Of a stretch of 64,000 nucleotides of DNA, positions 23,759 through 34,295 are shown piece by piece. Every line of letters starts with the position of its first letter. Positions within the stretch are counted from its first letter, which is position 1. A model generated the notes under the pieces. It ran no database searches. It was not told where the DNA came from and was given only the letters and a program-made list of their open reading frames with translations. Both the position numbers and the translations under genes were made by a program. The DNA is taken from IMG/VR virus record IMGVR_UViG_3300050821_001948, positions 66,644 to 130,643 of that record; one strand, 5' to 3'. The DNA comes from a virus.

Positions 23759-24309
23759 TGGCTAAAGCAAATCTTGACGCAGCCAAAGAAGCCTATCCAA
23801 GTGTTGACTTGGATGTTGAGGGCTGGAGAATATTCTTCGGTACCCCCGAGGGTTTCTCGGCAATGGGTAGGATAATTGGTGATATCTACGATGAGCTTCT
23901 TGCTATAGAAGATAAAGAAAAGGGATTTCGAAGCTTAGGGCGCCGCCCTTCTAGGGTTGAGGTTCCTCTTGATGAGGTATTCGCAAAGGTGTTTGGGGTT
24001 CCGCAGAGTAACGAACCTTTCCGGATTGCTCTAGCAAGTCTCTTAGTGGGGAAGTCCCAGAGACAATTTGCTAGTCGTGTCCCCATGGACCAGTCAACCC
24101 TTTCCAGGCTTCTGTCTGGAGCTAAGGAGCCCTCCAGGGATGTAATGGAACTCATTGCTGCGGCAGCTCGGGTCGATCCAGCTTATTTTGTTGAGTGGCG
24201 CGCGGATTTCGTTTCAGGCTTAGTAAACGATTGCCTACGTATGAGTCCAAACGTAGGAGTCAAGATTGTCAAGCACATAAGGTCAGCGAGGAAGCGAAAT
24301 GAATCCTGA
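23758..24309 (+). CDS. XRE-family helix-turn-helix protein
   Basis: SQRQFASRVPMDQSTLSRLLSGAKEPS. Confidence 0.8.
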   Translation: MAKANLDAAKEAYPSVDLDVEGWRIFFGTPEGFSAMGRIIGDIYDELLAIEDKEKGFRSLGRRPSRVEVPLDEVFAKVFGVPQSNEPFRIALASLLVGKSQRQFASRVPMDQSTLSRLLSGAKEPSRDVMELIAAAARVDPAYFVEWRADFVSGLVNDCLRMSPNVGVKIVKHIRSARKRNES

Positions 24310-24460
24310 CGGGTTAAATGAGGAACAGGTTCGTGAGCTTGCTGATTACTTCGGGTGTCTTTTAGCTGAGCATTCTATTATTGAGTCAACTCGTGCAGTT
24401 GAGCAGTTATGGCCTTTGGTTCTAGACGCTCCGGAGCCATTCGGTCCATTGGTTCTGTAA
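24299..24460 (+). CDS. small hypothetical protein (53 aa)
   Basis: read by hand; fills gap, TAATG overlap with terL. Confidence 0.5.
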   Translation: MNPDGLNEEQVRELADYFGCLLAEHSIIESTRAVEQLWPLVLDAPEPFGPLVL

Positions 24461-26157
24461 TGGCTGTTATTACCTGTCCTGACGAGGAGGAGCTATACCT
24501 TCTTGCTATTCTTGAAGACCCAACAGGTCTTGATCTAGCTGAGTTGTTTTGGCAGGATCATGAGGCTGATGATGGCTGTTATAGAGCTTGGGACTACCAG
24601 TGGCCCTGGTATATGTGTCAAGACCAATTCCAGGTTGACCAGGGTGGTCGATCAACGGGGAAAACCGTTGGTATCCAGATGAGGGCCTGCTCTTTTCCTT
24701 TTGTCTTCCCTGGCGGCGAGATGCTAGTTACGGCCCCAGAACTCAATCACCTTCAGCCTTTGACTGCCGCAATTGAGGGAAGGTTAATATCTTCTCGTCT
24801 CCTTAGAGAGATGCTACCCGATACGAAGGGTCGCGGTGTAATTCGTAATCCCCACTGGGAGATTAAGTTCAATAACGGAACTAGGATCATCAGTAGGCTT
24901 CCAGGACTTACGGGCAAGGGCGTTAAGGGCCAGCACGTGGTCAGGGTAGAGATGGATGAGGCACAGAACTATCCTAATCCAGGATGGGTTGAGATCATTC
25001 CTACACTAAAGCGCAATATACCAGGTAATGCATTCTACGCCCATGGTGTACCCACTGGTGTGCGTGGACAGTACTACGAGGTTAGTCAGGATTCGTCCAA
25101 CTGGACAGTTCATCGCCCTATGGGTTTCATGAGGCCATCCTGGACACCGGAGGAGCGCGCAGATCTTGTCTCTCAGTACGGTGGTTCGAGACAGAACATC
25201 GACTACAAGAGAAACGTCTATGGCGACCACGGTGATATGACTCACAGCGTCTTCGTTCTCTCTCGCTTAATTGCTTGCGTCGATATTGATGATGCCAGTT
25301 TCTACAACAACAATGTTTACACTCATATATCACTGATTTTCGAGTCAATTCCAAAGGGTCTATCTAACGAGGAGACCACTTTCTACCTCAAGGGGCTCAT
25401 TGACCCCCCTGGGGAGCACAAGACCGGATGGTCCCAGAAGGTAACTAGAACTGAGGGGGGTAAATCATCCCAAGTCGAGATAGGGGCAACCAAGGGGTAT
25501 TCTGCCTACTTCGGTGGCATGGACGTCGGTGTCACCAACCACCCCAGCGAGATACTAATTTTTGGTCAGAGGGAAGACAACGATAAGGTCGATCTTCTTC
25601 TCAGGGTAAACATGCAACGAATAGATACAGATGACCAGAAGGTTGTAATTGAAAAGTGCTTCGAGTTCTATGGATCTAAACTAAAATGGTTCGCACTGGA
25701 TAAGAGCGGTGTCGGGTTCCCTATTTGGAATGAGATAGCTAAGTATCCTGGTATTGGTTCAAGGATTATGGGTATCGGTTTCTCTGAGAAGCGTATTGTT
25801 GCTTTTGAAGACCGAGAAATGAAGCCGGGGGAAACCTGGGAAGATCTTGGAATCCAGCGAAGTGTTATCGAACAGGCAACTGACTGGTTAAGAAATAACT
25901 TGGTTGACTCGAAGCGCCTATTGCTTCCTAATGATAACGAGTTGATTATGGAATTCCAGGGACAGTCTTACACCACAGTTAAGGATACTGGTGACCCATA
26001 TGGTCGAAAGAGGATCTTCAGTGGTGGGAGTTTTCATACACTGGACGCGGCGAAAATGTTTGCATGTTCCCTATTCTTACCTCCAATCGAAGAAAGGTTA
26101 GCAGCAGTTAAACCCGCTGAACCAATTCTGGACGTATTTATTGGTGGCATGATGTAA
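24460..26157 (+). CDS. terL: terminase large subunit
   Basis: GGRSTGKT Walker A, VEMDEAQ Walker B, GMDVG / DKSGVG / HTLDA nuclease residues. Confidence 0.9.
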   Translation: MAVITCPDEEELYLLAILEDPTGLDLAELFWQDHEADDGCYRAWDYQWPWYMCQDQFQVDQGGRSTGKTVGIQMRACSFPFVFPGGEMLVTAPELNHLQPLTAAIEGRLISSRLLREMLPDTKGRGVIRNPHWEIKFNNGTRIISRLPGLTGKGVKGQHVVRVEMDEAQNYPNPGWVEIIPTLKRNIPGNAFYAHGVPTGVRGQYYEVSQDSSNWTVHRPMGFMRPSWTPEERADLVSQYGGSRQNIDYKRNVYGDHGDMTHSVFVLSRLIACVDIDDASFYNNNVYTHISLIFESIPKGLSNEETTFYLKGLIDPPGEHKTGWSQKVTRTEGGKSSQVEIGATKGYSAYFGGMDVGVTNHPSEILIFGQREDNDKVDLLLRVNMQRIDTDDQKVVIEKCFEFYGSKLKWFALDKSGVGFPIWNEIAKYPGIGSRIMGIGFSEKRIVAFEDREMKPGETWEDLGIQRSVIEQATDWLRNNLVDSKRLLLPNDNELIMEFQGQSYTTVKDTGDPYGRKRIFSGGSFHTLDAAKMFACSLFLPPIEERLAAVKPAEPILDVFIGGMM

Positions 26158-26272
26158 TGTCGTTTCCCCATATTTACGTCTATGTGAGATAATGATATCT
26201 GGCTTATTTTTGTCCAGAATCTTGGTTTTTGGTTTCATTTTGCCGAACTTATAGATAGAGCGGAGGCTAGTA

Positions 26273-26668
26273 ATGGTAGTGTCAGTACTCGCAGAGGATA
26301 GAAGTGATCCAGATTCAATCGCCTATATCCCTGATTTAGTCCCAGACATTGCTTCAACGCTAGCTGAGGGTGAGCTTATAGATAAGCAGCACGTAGAGGA
26401 AGAGATTGATCTGATCCTTAGAACACTTCGCGAGATGTGGAATATGGAGCCGGATCAGGTTATGAGAATGTCCTCTGCTTTAAGTTCAAGGGCAACAGAA
26501 TTAGCTGTTCATCTTCATCGTGCTGAGAACGCTAAAGGTCCAGGTAGGCTTCAGTGGAAGCAGATTAGGACCTTGCAGATCGGCCCCGTTATTGCGGAAC
26601 TTGATCGTCAGTTCCGAGTGGCTAGTCGAATTGTTGAATTGAGAAGGCAAGATCTTGCTAGCCTATAG
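26273..26668 (+). CDS. hypothetical protein
   Basis: ORF track; GGAGG RBS. Confidence 0.7.
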   Translation: MVVSVLAEDRSDPDSIAYIPDLVPDIASTLAEGELIDKQHVEEEIDLILRTLREMWNMEPDQVMRMSSALSSRATELAVHLHRAENAKGPGRLQWKQIRTLQIGPVIAELDRQFRVASRIVELRRQDLASL

Positions 26669-26683
26669 AGTAGAGGTTCTTAG

Positions 26684-28534
26684 ATGGCTGTGATGGAAGT
26701 AGAGGCATCGTCTGAGATTTTTATAGCCGGTCAGCCTATGCAGTTCATAAATGACTCAGGCTTACCGTCCTCACAGCTTATTGAGGACCCTGGTATGCGC
26801 GAACTAGCTAGTTCGCTTTCACACTGGGTTGATAATGCACGTGCCGCTACTGGTAGAAACACCATGTTCGACCGAGGAGCGTTTACCCCCCCTAACAACT
26901 ATTACGACGAAGTTCGCGCAGCTCGTCATGCCGTTCAATATGACTCAATCGTTAGCGGTGTTGCTGAAATCACCGAAGCATTCGCATTCCAGGGGATCAA
27001 ATGGGAGTCTCCGGATGCAGATGAGGCTGATGTATTCAATCAACTAGCTATTGATCAGAACCTTGACTCTATTATTCGCAAGATGTGGAAAGAGGAGTTT
27101 ACTGGATCTCAGGCTATTATGGCTAAGATCTGGGGATGGAGTGAGTACACCTCCCGCGTTCAGACTGAAAGCGGAAATAAGAAGAAGAAGAAGTACAAGA
27201 TCTGGGCACCCCAGCAAATCCGTACACTGGATAGCTGCAAGGTTGTTCCAGTTGGCGTTGGCCCACTTGGTGGAGAGGCGCTTGCATGGCAAGCTACCCC
27301 CGGCGAGATTGGGCACTACACGTCAGCATTCTTGGGGGATAAAATTGATCCACTGATGATCACCTATTTCCAAGGGCCTTATGAGCCAGGTTTTGAAGAG
27401 GCTTCTGAGCTTTCACGTCTAGGGGTAGTGACTAGTCGTCTTCTCGTTATGAATCCGGAGTGGGTTTTTCGGCATGTAGTTACTAAGCCAGATTACGAAA
27501 GATTCCCAGAGGTTCGCTTAAAGTCCATCTTTGCGCTATTGGACCTAAAGCGCCAGTTGATGCAAGCCGATAGGGCTAGCCTTATTGGGGCGGCTAACTA
27601 TATCCTTCACGTAAAGAAGGGTCTACCTAATGAGCCAGCACTTGCTCCCGAGATTCAGCACCTCCAGGACAGTTACAACTACATCGTTAAGATGCCTGTT
27701 ATTATCTCAGACCATCGCCTGAATATTGAGATCATTTCCCCCAAGACGGACCTGACCCTAAATCCGGATAAGTACGAGATGCTCGACCAACGTATTCTCA
27801 ACCGGCTTCTTGGGACACTTTCACCCGGTGGTAGAAACTCTGGACGCAGCGAGAATCAGGACACATTGTCAGCGTCGGTTGCGCAGGTTATGGAGAACCG
27901 GCGCCACATGCTCAAGAGGACGATGGAGATTGAGGTTGCTCGCGCAATTATTAATCACCCCAAGAATAAGGGTATCTTCGAATATGAGCCGAATCTAGTT
28001 TATACACCTAGGCGCATTGCTCTTAACATGGATGCTGCGTATGCGCAGGCACTCCAGGCATTGAGAACCCAGCGTGAGATTTCAAGAGAGACAATTCTTG
28101 AGTTCTTTGGGTTGGATGAATCGGTCGAGGCGATGCGTCTTGAGATGGAAGCGAAGATGTATGACGACATCTTTAAGACTGAAATTCCATACTCAAAGGG
28201 TCAGCCAAGCCAGGATGTGGATGCAAACCTAGATAAGAAGGATGCACCTTCTGCGGTTACTGTTGCACCTGATGGGACACTCAAGGTGGCACCAGCCGCT
28301 CCATCAAAGACTGCAACTACAAAGGATGGCCCAAACAAGGGTGGGGCTGCTTCAACTCCCGCTTCCGGTCAACCGTCTAATGGTAAAGCAAAGACTGGAC
28401 CGAACGGAACCCCAGAGTCGCCAAAGGTGTCTGGAGCCCGTGGTGGTCGCCCCGTTGGTGGAGGAACTTCACCGAAATCACCAGCGGCGACCGCAAAACC
28501 GAAGACGCCTAGAGGAAATCCGAGGAGTGGCTGA
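26684..28534 (+). CDS. portal protein
   Basis: 616 aa, position after terL, ISRETILEFFG C-terminal motif, low-complexity tail. Confidence 0.75.
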   Translation: MAVMEVEASSEIFIAGQPMQFINDSGLPSSQLIEDPGMRELASSLSHWVDNARAATGRNTMFDRGAFTPPNNYYDEVRAARHAVQYDSIVSGVAEITEAFAFQGIKWESPDADEADVFNQLAIDQNLDSIIRKMWKEEFTGSQAIMAKIWGWSEYTSRVQTESGNKKKKKYKIWAPQQIRTLDSCKVVPVGVGPLGGEALAWQATPGEIGHYTSAFLGDKIDPLMITYFQGPYEPGFEEASELSRLGVVTSRLLVMNPEWVFRHVVTKPDYERFPEVRLKSIFALLDLKRQLMQADRASLIGAANYILHVKKGLPNEPALAPEIQHLQDSYNYIVKMPVIISDHRLNIEIISPKTDLTLNPDKYEMLDQRILNRLLGTLSPGGRNSGRSENQDTLSASVAQVMENRRHMLKRTMEIEVARAIINHPKNKGIFEYEPNLVYTPRRIALNMDAAYAQALQALRTQREISRETILEFFGLDESVEAMRLEMEAKMYDDIFKTEIPYSKGQPSQDVDANLDKKDAPSAVTVAPDGTLKVAPAAPSKTATTKDGPNKGGAASTPASGQPSNGKAKTGPNGTPESPKVSGARGGRPVGGGTSPKSPAATAKPKTPRGNPRSG

Positions 28535-28535
28535 T

Positions 28536-30257
28536 ATGGCTAATTTGATCCCAGAAGACAGTGTGCCACCCCATGGTTTTCATACTGGCTATAACGGTAA
28601 GTGCTTAATCTGTAATGGTCAGCCCGGTGGGCCTATTCACGAGGACTGGCTGGATAATCAGACACCCGAATTTACCAGCAAGCTGGTAGATAACCTTCCC
28701 GATGAGGATTATGGGAAGAGCGAGTACTCATCTGATGGTGATGACGATGAGGAGGAAACTCATTCAGGGGTAATGATCGCTTTAATGGTCGATCCTTCTG
28801 TCGCAGATATCTTAGCCATTCCTGGCGGGGAGCCAGCTAATAACATGCACGTAACGCTTGCCTACCTAGGTGATGCGGTTGATTTACAGAACCCTGATGA
28901 TCTAATTTCTACAGTTAAGCAGTTTGCCACAGATGAGGGTAAGCCCTTAAGTGGTAAAGTGAATGGCCTTGGTTTATTCACTGGCGGCGAGACTACGGTT
29001 ACCTATGCAAACGCTGATGTCCCAGGTCTACCAGTACTTCGCCAGCAATTACTTCAGGTACTTGATGCTGCCGGATTCATTGTGGACAATTCTCATGGAT
29101 TCACCCCTCATATCACGCTAGCCTTTTCGGATGAGCGTAATATAGATGTACCGAATCTTCCATTGGAATTTACTACGATGACTGTCGCCATCGCCGGGAA
29201 GAAGACTACTTTCCCACTCGGTGAGTCACCAGAGGTATCTGGTGTTCATAAGAAGCATAAGTACAAGCATCCAGTCGGTGAACCATTGAAGGAACATCGT
29301 GAGAGCTTTGTCGGATTCCCGATGGCAGCACAGTATCCCCCTTGCGCTGATTGCGGGGGTGCCAAAGATTCGGATGATCATATTCCCGATAATGATGTTG
29401 ATGACACTGCTGTCAGTGGTATGCCAGAACCAGCGAGCGCCGGGAGTAGTACGCTTCAGAAGTTTACAACTGGCTACCTTCAGGTCGTAGATCGCCAGCC
29501 TATTATAACCCCAAAACCTGAGGTTCAGACTGCGTTCATTTCTGAGGTAAACGGTCATACACTACTCACTGGCCCAGCTCATGTGGATAATATTTGGGAA
29601 AAGGCTCTAACTCCAAATCAGCATATGATGTGGTTACAGGGTCGTCTTGTTGGCGCTGATGAGGCTAATAGGAACAAGGCGTATTGGTCCAGCGATGATC
29701 TTGAGTTTGGTGAGCCAACTGTTTCCCACGGGCCACTTAACTGGCTTCATGAGTCACGTCATATCATCGGAGCGATCGCGGACCAGCAACTAATTCATGC
29801 TCCGGAGAGGTCTTCTACTACTAAGAGTCTACCTACACACGTGGCGGCGGTTGCTGGTATTTGGAAGTGGATATATCCAGATGAGGCGTATGTGGTAGAG
29901 CAGGCTAGTGATCAGGGTAGACTCTATTTCTCTATGGAATGCATCTCTGAGAACGTAGAGTGCATCGGAGATAATGGGTGCGGCGAGAAGGCGTCCTACA
30001 GTGACTATCTAAAGGGTCGCGGTTGCCAGCACATGCGGGAGAAGTCGGCGGTTCGTCGGTTTGAGAACCCCACGTTTTTGGGGGCAGCGGTTATCGTTCC
30101 ACCAGTGCGTCCAGGTTGGGCGGATGCTGACGCTCGTATAATTAGGGAAGCTGCGTCATTAGCTGAGGTTGCCTTTGAGAAGGTTAACCCAGATATGGCG
30201 GCTACTGAGTGGGAGGCGCTGATGCGCCAGGTGGTTGGATACGCGCACACCATTTAA
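28536..30257 (+). CDS. 2H-phosphoesterase domain fused to capsid maturation protease-like domain
   Basis: HVTL and HITL 2H motifs; C-terminal NRNK..W, PLNWLH...IIG, FSMEC, FLGAAV.PPVRPGW between portal and scaffold. Confidence 0.7.
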   Translation: MANLIPEDSVPPHGFHTGYNGKCLICNGQPGGPIHEDWLDNQTPEFTSKLVDNLPDEDYGKSEYSSDGDDDEEETHSGVMIALMVDPSVADILAIPGGEPANNMHVTLAYLGDAVDLQNPDDLISTVKQFATDEGKPLSGKVNGLGLFTGGETTVTYANADVPGLPVLRQQLLQVLDAAGFIVDNSHGFTPHITLAFSDERNIDVPNLPLEFTTMTVAIAGKKTTFPLGESPEVSGVHKKHKYKHPVGEPLKEHRESFVGFPMAAQYPPCADCGGAKDSDDHIPDNDVDDTAVSGMPEPASAGSSTLQKFTTGYLQVVDRQPIITPKPEVQTAFISEVNGHTLLTGPAHVDNIWEKALTPNQHMMWLQGRLVGADEANRNKAYWSSDDLEFGEPTVSHGPLNWLHESRHIIGAIADQQLIHAPERSSTTKSLPTHVAAVAGIWKWIYPDEAYVVEQASDQGRLYFSMECISENVECIGDNGCGEKASYSDYLKGRGCQHMREKSAVRRFENPTFLGAAVIVPPVRPGWADADARIIREAASLAEVAFEKVNPDMAATEWEALMRQVVGYAHTI

Positions 30258-30319
30258 ATGGGTGTTTTCTGACCGGCGTGTCGGCTTCATTCTGGCTGAT
30301 AAGTGACCGATACTGAGGC

Positions 30320-30562
30320 ATGGCCTTATTTGATGATCTTCCAGTAAGTCAGTCCGAGGCGAGCAATCGTTGCACTATTAATCAAATCAAGCTTAAGGTC
30401 GAGCAAGAGGATTGTAACATCCTCGACCAGGCCCTCGCATCGGGGGCGGCTCACAGCACCCTTGCTAAAGCTCTCCGAGCTAAGGGTTTCAAAACCAGTG
30501 AGTCTAGTGTGGGAAGACATCGTCGTGGCGAATGCTCATGCCCCAAGAAGGTGGCCGAATGA
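30320..30562 (+). CDS. small DNA-binding-like protein
   Basis: SVGRHRRGECSC; ACCGATA 7 nt upstream. Confidence 0.65.
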   Translation: MALFDDLPVSQSEASNRCTINQIKLKVEQEDCNILDQALASGAAHSTLAKALRAKGFKTSESSVGRHRRGECSCPKKVAE

Positions 30563-31869
30563 CCGAGAGTATTGAAAATACCGATAGCATCTTTGCTGAC
30601 CTACCTACTGACCCACCCCCTCATTTATTAAAGCCCTCCTGGGAGGGTGTGAACGAAAACGAGAACTGGAAGGTAACTGTAACTTCTGATTCCGCCGAAC
30701 TAGAAACGGACGTTACTACTCAAAAATTAGTGGCGGCAGATGACTGGGATGGGGTTCTTCGTCATTTCGGTCTAAATCCTAACGAATTCAAGATCTTAGA
30801 TGACTCGGTTCGGATGTCCTCCTGGCAGCAGTCTAAGCGCCTAGAAAACGGGGATCGCGATACTATTACTCTATACTCCTATCGCGCTCGATTCGGACGT
30901 GTTACTAATCGTCTAGCCGAAATGGACATAACTGCCCTTTCTGACAAGGTGTATAAATGGAAGCCTCTTATTCGGAAGACTCCAGGTAGCGGATTAGGTG
31001 AGCCTTGCACTTTTTACGAGGGCTGGGCAGACTGGCAGTTGGGTAAGAGTGCGGGCGGCGGCTCCATTGGTACTACACAGCGTGTTCTGGACACAATTGA
31101 AATGACAGTCAAACGTATTAAGGAACTCCGTAGGGTCGGACGCAATATCGAAAGCATTAGCGTCTGGAATATGGGTGACCCGAATGAGTCCTGTGATGGC
31201 CACTATGCTTCTCAGCTATTTACCGTGGAACTAACCAGAAGGCAGCAATTAAATCTAGCCCTTGATTTGTGGCTAGTTGGAATTCGGGAGTTAGCCCCCC
31301 TGGTTGACGATTTTGAATTTGGTTCCGTTTTATGTAACCATGGAGAATGGTCACGGCAAGGTGGCGCTGGATCAAAGCCCGTCACGTCAGATAGTGATAA
31401 CATTGGTGGTTACTTAGCTGATACTATAAAGACGGTGTTAGCGGGTCGCCCGGACTTTGAGCACGTGAGGTTTACTATTCCTCACGACCAGATGAGCCTA
31501 CAGACGTTTATGAGTGGTGTTCCGGTAGCGTTAGCTCATGGACACAAGGCACCATCTGGTTCAGCAAAGGAACTTGAATGGCTCCGTGGGCAGTCTTTGA
31601 GGTTACTTCGTGAGTCTGGAGTGGAACCAAGGTTATGGCTTACAGCCCACCGCCACCATTACGAAATTAAAGATTACGGTCCTTGGACTAGAATTCAGCA
31701 CCCCAGCCTCGATTATGGAAGTAAATGGTTTGAGGATACTACGGGGAATTGGTCCACTCCTGGAACATTCACCTGCCTAGTTGGTCAGCATGAAGAGGCT
31801 GGTGGTCGTTTGGAGGGTAACACTGCAACAGGGTTTAGTGATGAAATGGTATTGATTCCTCCGAGTTAA
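30559..31869 (+). CDS. calcineurin-like metallophosphoesterase / exonuclease
   Basis: ADWQLG, GD, CNHG, AHGH, AHRHH motifs. Confidence 0.8.
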   Translation: MTESIENTDSIFADLPTDPPPHLLKPSWEGVNENENWKVTVTSDSAELETDVTTQKLVAADDWDGVLRHFGLNPNEFKILDDSVRMSSWQQSKRLENGDRDTITLYSYRARFGRVTNRLAEMDITALSDKVYKWKPLIRKTPGSGLGEPCTFYEGWADWQLGKSAGGGSIGTTQRVLDTIEMTVKRIKELRRVGRNIESISVWNMGDPNESCDGHYASQLFTVELTRRQQLNLALDLWLVGIRELAPLVDDFEFGSVLCNHGEWSRQGGAGSKPVTSDSDNIGGYLADTIKTVLAGRPDFEHVRFTIPHDQMSLQTFMSGVPVALAHGHKAPSGSAKELEWLRGQSLRLLRESGVEPRLWLTAHRHHYEIKDYGPWTRIQHPSLDYGSKWFEDTTGNWSTPGTFTCLVGQHEEAGGRLEGNTATGFSDEMVLIPPS

Positions 31870-31884
31870 TATAAGTTCCATCTA

Positions 31885-31925
31885 GAAAACAGCGTCTCGT
31901 CGTAATTTGGCGGGGCGCTGTTTTC
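31885..31925. terminator. intrinsic terminator
   Basis: GAAAACAGCG...CGCTGTTTTC inverted repeat. Confidence 0.75.
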
Positions 31926-31941
31926 ATTTATTTCCTAAGGT

Positions 31942-31948
31942 GCCGATA
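31942..31948 (+). promoter_or_regulatory. GCCGATA late-promoter element of head operon
   Basis: TTCAT-14 nt-GCCGATAA, 8 nt before GTG 31957. Confidence 0.65.
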
Positions 31949-31956
31949 AACATTTT

Positions 31957-32688
31957 GTGCCAATTAGTAGCGTAAAAGAAGCTCACGACGAGCTACTTCA
32001 ATCCATGCCCGCTGGTGCGGTACACGAAGATTGTCCGATCTGCGAGAGCGGACATCGCGAGAGAGCAGAGGAGGACAGTATGGCTGACACTAAGGTATTC
32101 ACCGAGGAGCAGCACGTACAGCTTCTGGAGTCGGCTATTGAGCGGGAGACCGCTTCCCTTACGGCTGCTACCCAGGAACTTACAGTTAAGGTCGAGACCC
32201 TGACTTCAGAGAAGGCGGCTGTTGAGACTGAGAACACCGAACTTCAGAACAAGCTTGATGTAGTTGAGTCCGAGAAGGCTGCCGAGACCGCTCGCGCAGA
32301 TGCTGCCGAGAAGGCGCTTACTGACTTCCAGGACGAAATTGCTGAGAAGGCTGCAATCCAGGAGCGTAAGGAAGAGCGTCTAGCCGCAGTTAAGGCCGCT
32401 GACGAGAACCTTGACGACGAATACTTCACAGATGGTCGCGTTCAGCGTTGGGCAGAAATGTCTGATGACAGCTTCGCAGCACTTGTGGAAGACCTTAGTG
32501 AGGCAGCGGCTAAAAAGAAGCCAGCTTTCCTTAACAAGGAAGATATGAAGGATGGCGGCGCTGATGACTCTACTGAGAAGTCTAGCCGCGAAACTGCCGC
32601 ATTCAAGGGTGGCGAAGCTCCGACCGCTGTTTCTGGCGGTCTCCGTGCACTGTTAGAGGCGACGGGCAAACTGCCCGCGTCAGTCTGA
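31957..32688 (+). CDS. scaffolding protein
   Basis: acidic coiled coil, upstream of capsid genes. Confidence 0.75.
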   Translation: MPISSVKEAHDELLQSMPAGAVHEDCPICESGHRERAEEDSMADTKVFTEEQHVQLLESAIERETASLTAATQELTVKVETLTSEKAAVETENTELQNKLDVVESEKAAETARADAAEKALTDFQDEIAEKAAIQERKEERLAAVKAADENLDDEYFTDGRVQRWAEMSDDSFAALVEDLSEAAAKKKPAFLNKEDMKDGGADDSTEKSSRETAAFKGGEAPTAVSGGLRALLEATGKLPASV

Positions 32689-32702
32689 AGGGAGGGTAAG
32701 TA

Positions 32703-33233
32703 ATGGCTAGCGACTATGGTATTAACTTCGGCTTTCGTCGGAGTGATGAAAGCGTCCGTGTCTCCGAAGGGCGTCTAAAGACTCCTGTCGGCAGCGCTCT
32801 CCAGCAGGGCACGCTTGTTACTTTTGATACTTCTAGTGCGGGTTACCTGAAGCAGGCTGTGGCGAGTGCCCCAGTTGTGCCTGGTTACACCGGACTTCTT
32901 GTTCAGGAAGAAATTTGGGACCGCCCAATTTACTCGCCGGAACTCGTTGACAGCTACCAGATTGGTATCTGCCTACCGAACCGTCTGTCTGTTATTTCGA
33001 CAGGTGCGGGTGTGAAGTTCTGGATCAAGAACACCGCAGGTTTCACTCAGGCCGATGGCCGAGTGGTTGCAGCCGTGACTATGTTCGACCCAACCAGCAT
33101 CGCTGTTGGTGACGGTATCGCATGGAACGGCACTGAATATGTCCATGTCGCAGCGGGTGACGCAACTGAGATTGCGCGCGTTACTTTCTACGATTCCACC
33201 GCGCTCGTTCTCGAAGCCGTTCTAGTTAAGTAA
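32703..33233 (+). CDS. capsid decoration/cement protein
   Basis: between scaffold and MCP, GGGAGG RBS. Confidence 0.6.
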   Translation: MASDYGINFGFRRSDESVRVSEGRLKTPVGSALQQGTLVTFDTSSAGYLKQAVASAPVVPGYTGLLVQEEIWDRPIYSPELVDSYQIGICLPNRLSVISTGAGVKFWIKNTAGFTQADGRVVAAVTMFDPTSIAVGDGIAWNGTEYVHVAAGDATEIARVTFYDSTALVLEAVLVK

Positions 33234-33247
33234 GGGGTGAAATAACC

Positions 33248-34231
33248 GTGACTACGACTACTACTGCTGCTGAGCTTATTGCTCACCGCAGCGCAGTTAA
33301 CCCCTTCGGTGGTAAGGATGGCGCTCACATCGCTGAGCATGCTGCTCTTATCCAGAAGCTTAACGAAGAGGCTCTTGCTAACTGGGATAACGAGGCATGG
33401 CACCGTCAGGTTGCAGCAGATGTTGCAACGGCGTTGGACTATGGTTTCACATTCGACAATCTGTTCTCTACCTACTTCCAGGTTGAGACTGTTGGAGAGT
33501 TTGATCGTGTTATTCTTCGCGAGCGTAGGGGCCTTAAGGTCTTCTACACCTCTCGTGGTGGGTACCTAGAGGAAAGCCAGCTTCGTACTGAGAACTGGCA
33601 GCTTCCTCGGGACACCCTAGGTTTCCACGTTTCAGAGCACACCGATAAGCTTCGTGCAAACTTCGGTACTGCGATGAACGATATGGTTACCCTTGGTGAG
33701 GCTCGCCTTGAGGCTGAGGTTAACCGTCGTATCTTCTCGCTACTTCAGGCGGCAATCCCGTCCAGCAGCGCGTACTACGTGGCAACTTCTGGTCTTACGA
33801 AGACTGAGCTTGACGCTGCGATCCGTGAGGTTCGTGACGCTATCAAGCCGAACGGTCTTGGTCCGATTCCGGTTACCGTTATTGCTCGCGCAAGCATGGT
33901 TGACCAGATTTCCGACTTCAACCTTGGGTTCGACCCTGAGGCTACGAGCGAGATTCGCGCAAAGGGACGCCTTGGTGTCTACCGTGGTGCGAACATCGTT
34001 CAGGTTATTAACTACACCGACGAAGATGGTTCTAGCTACATCCCAGCGAACGAGCTGTGGGTCTTCGGTGGTACTGTTGGTAAGTTCGCTCTTTACGGCG
34101 CCATGCAGGTTAAGTCGTGGGAAGAGAACACGGTTGACTACAGACACTACCGTGCTCGCAAGGATGTTGGTGGACTTGTTCACCACCCAGAGCAGGCACG
34201 TCGTATCGTGGACAGTAGCGTTACTCCGTAG
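33248..34231 (+). CDS. major capsid protein
   Basis: 327 aa, highly biased codons, HK97-like GRLGVYRGANIV motif, followed by terminator. Confidence 0.85.
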   Translation: MTTTTTAAELIAHRSAVNPFGGKDGAHIAEHAALIQKLNEEALANWDNEAWHRQVAADVATALDYGFTFDNLFSTYFQVETVGEFDRVILRERRGLKVFYTSRGGYLEESQLRTENWQLPRDTLGFHVSEHTDKLRANFGTAMNDMVTLGEARLEAEVNRRIFSLLQAAIPSSSAYYVATSGLTKTELDAAIREVRDAIKPNGLGPIPVTVIARASMVDQISDFNLGFDPEATSEIRAKGRLGVYRGANIVQVINYTDEDGSSYIPANELWVFGGTVGKFALYGAMQVKSWEENTVDYRHYRARKDVGGLVHHPEQARRIVDSSVTP

Positions 34232-34239
34232 TTTTAATA

Positions 34240-34279
34240 GAAAAAGCCCCTCCACCTTCACGGGTCGGGGGGCTTTTTC
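34240..34279. terminator. bidirectional terminator
   Basis: GAAAAAGCCCC...GGGGCTTTTTC between convergent genes. Confidence 0.85.
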
Positions 34280-34295
34280 GTTACCCTTGGTGGGT

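Noticed and set aside
28242-28535. N-terminal extension of the 671-aa ORF
   Set aside because: Overlaps the portal C-terminus; GAGGAG RBS supports ATG 28536
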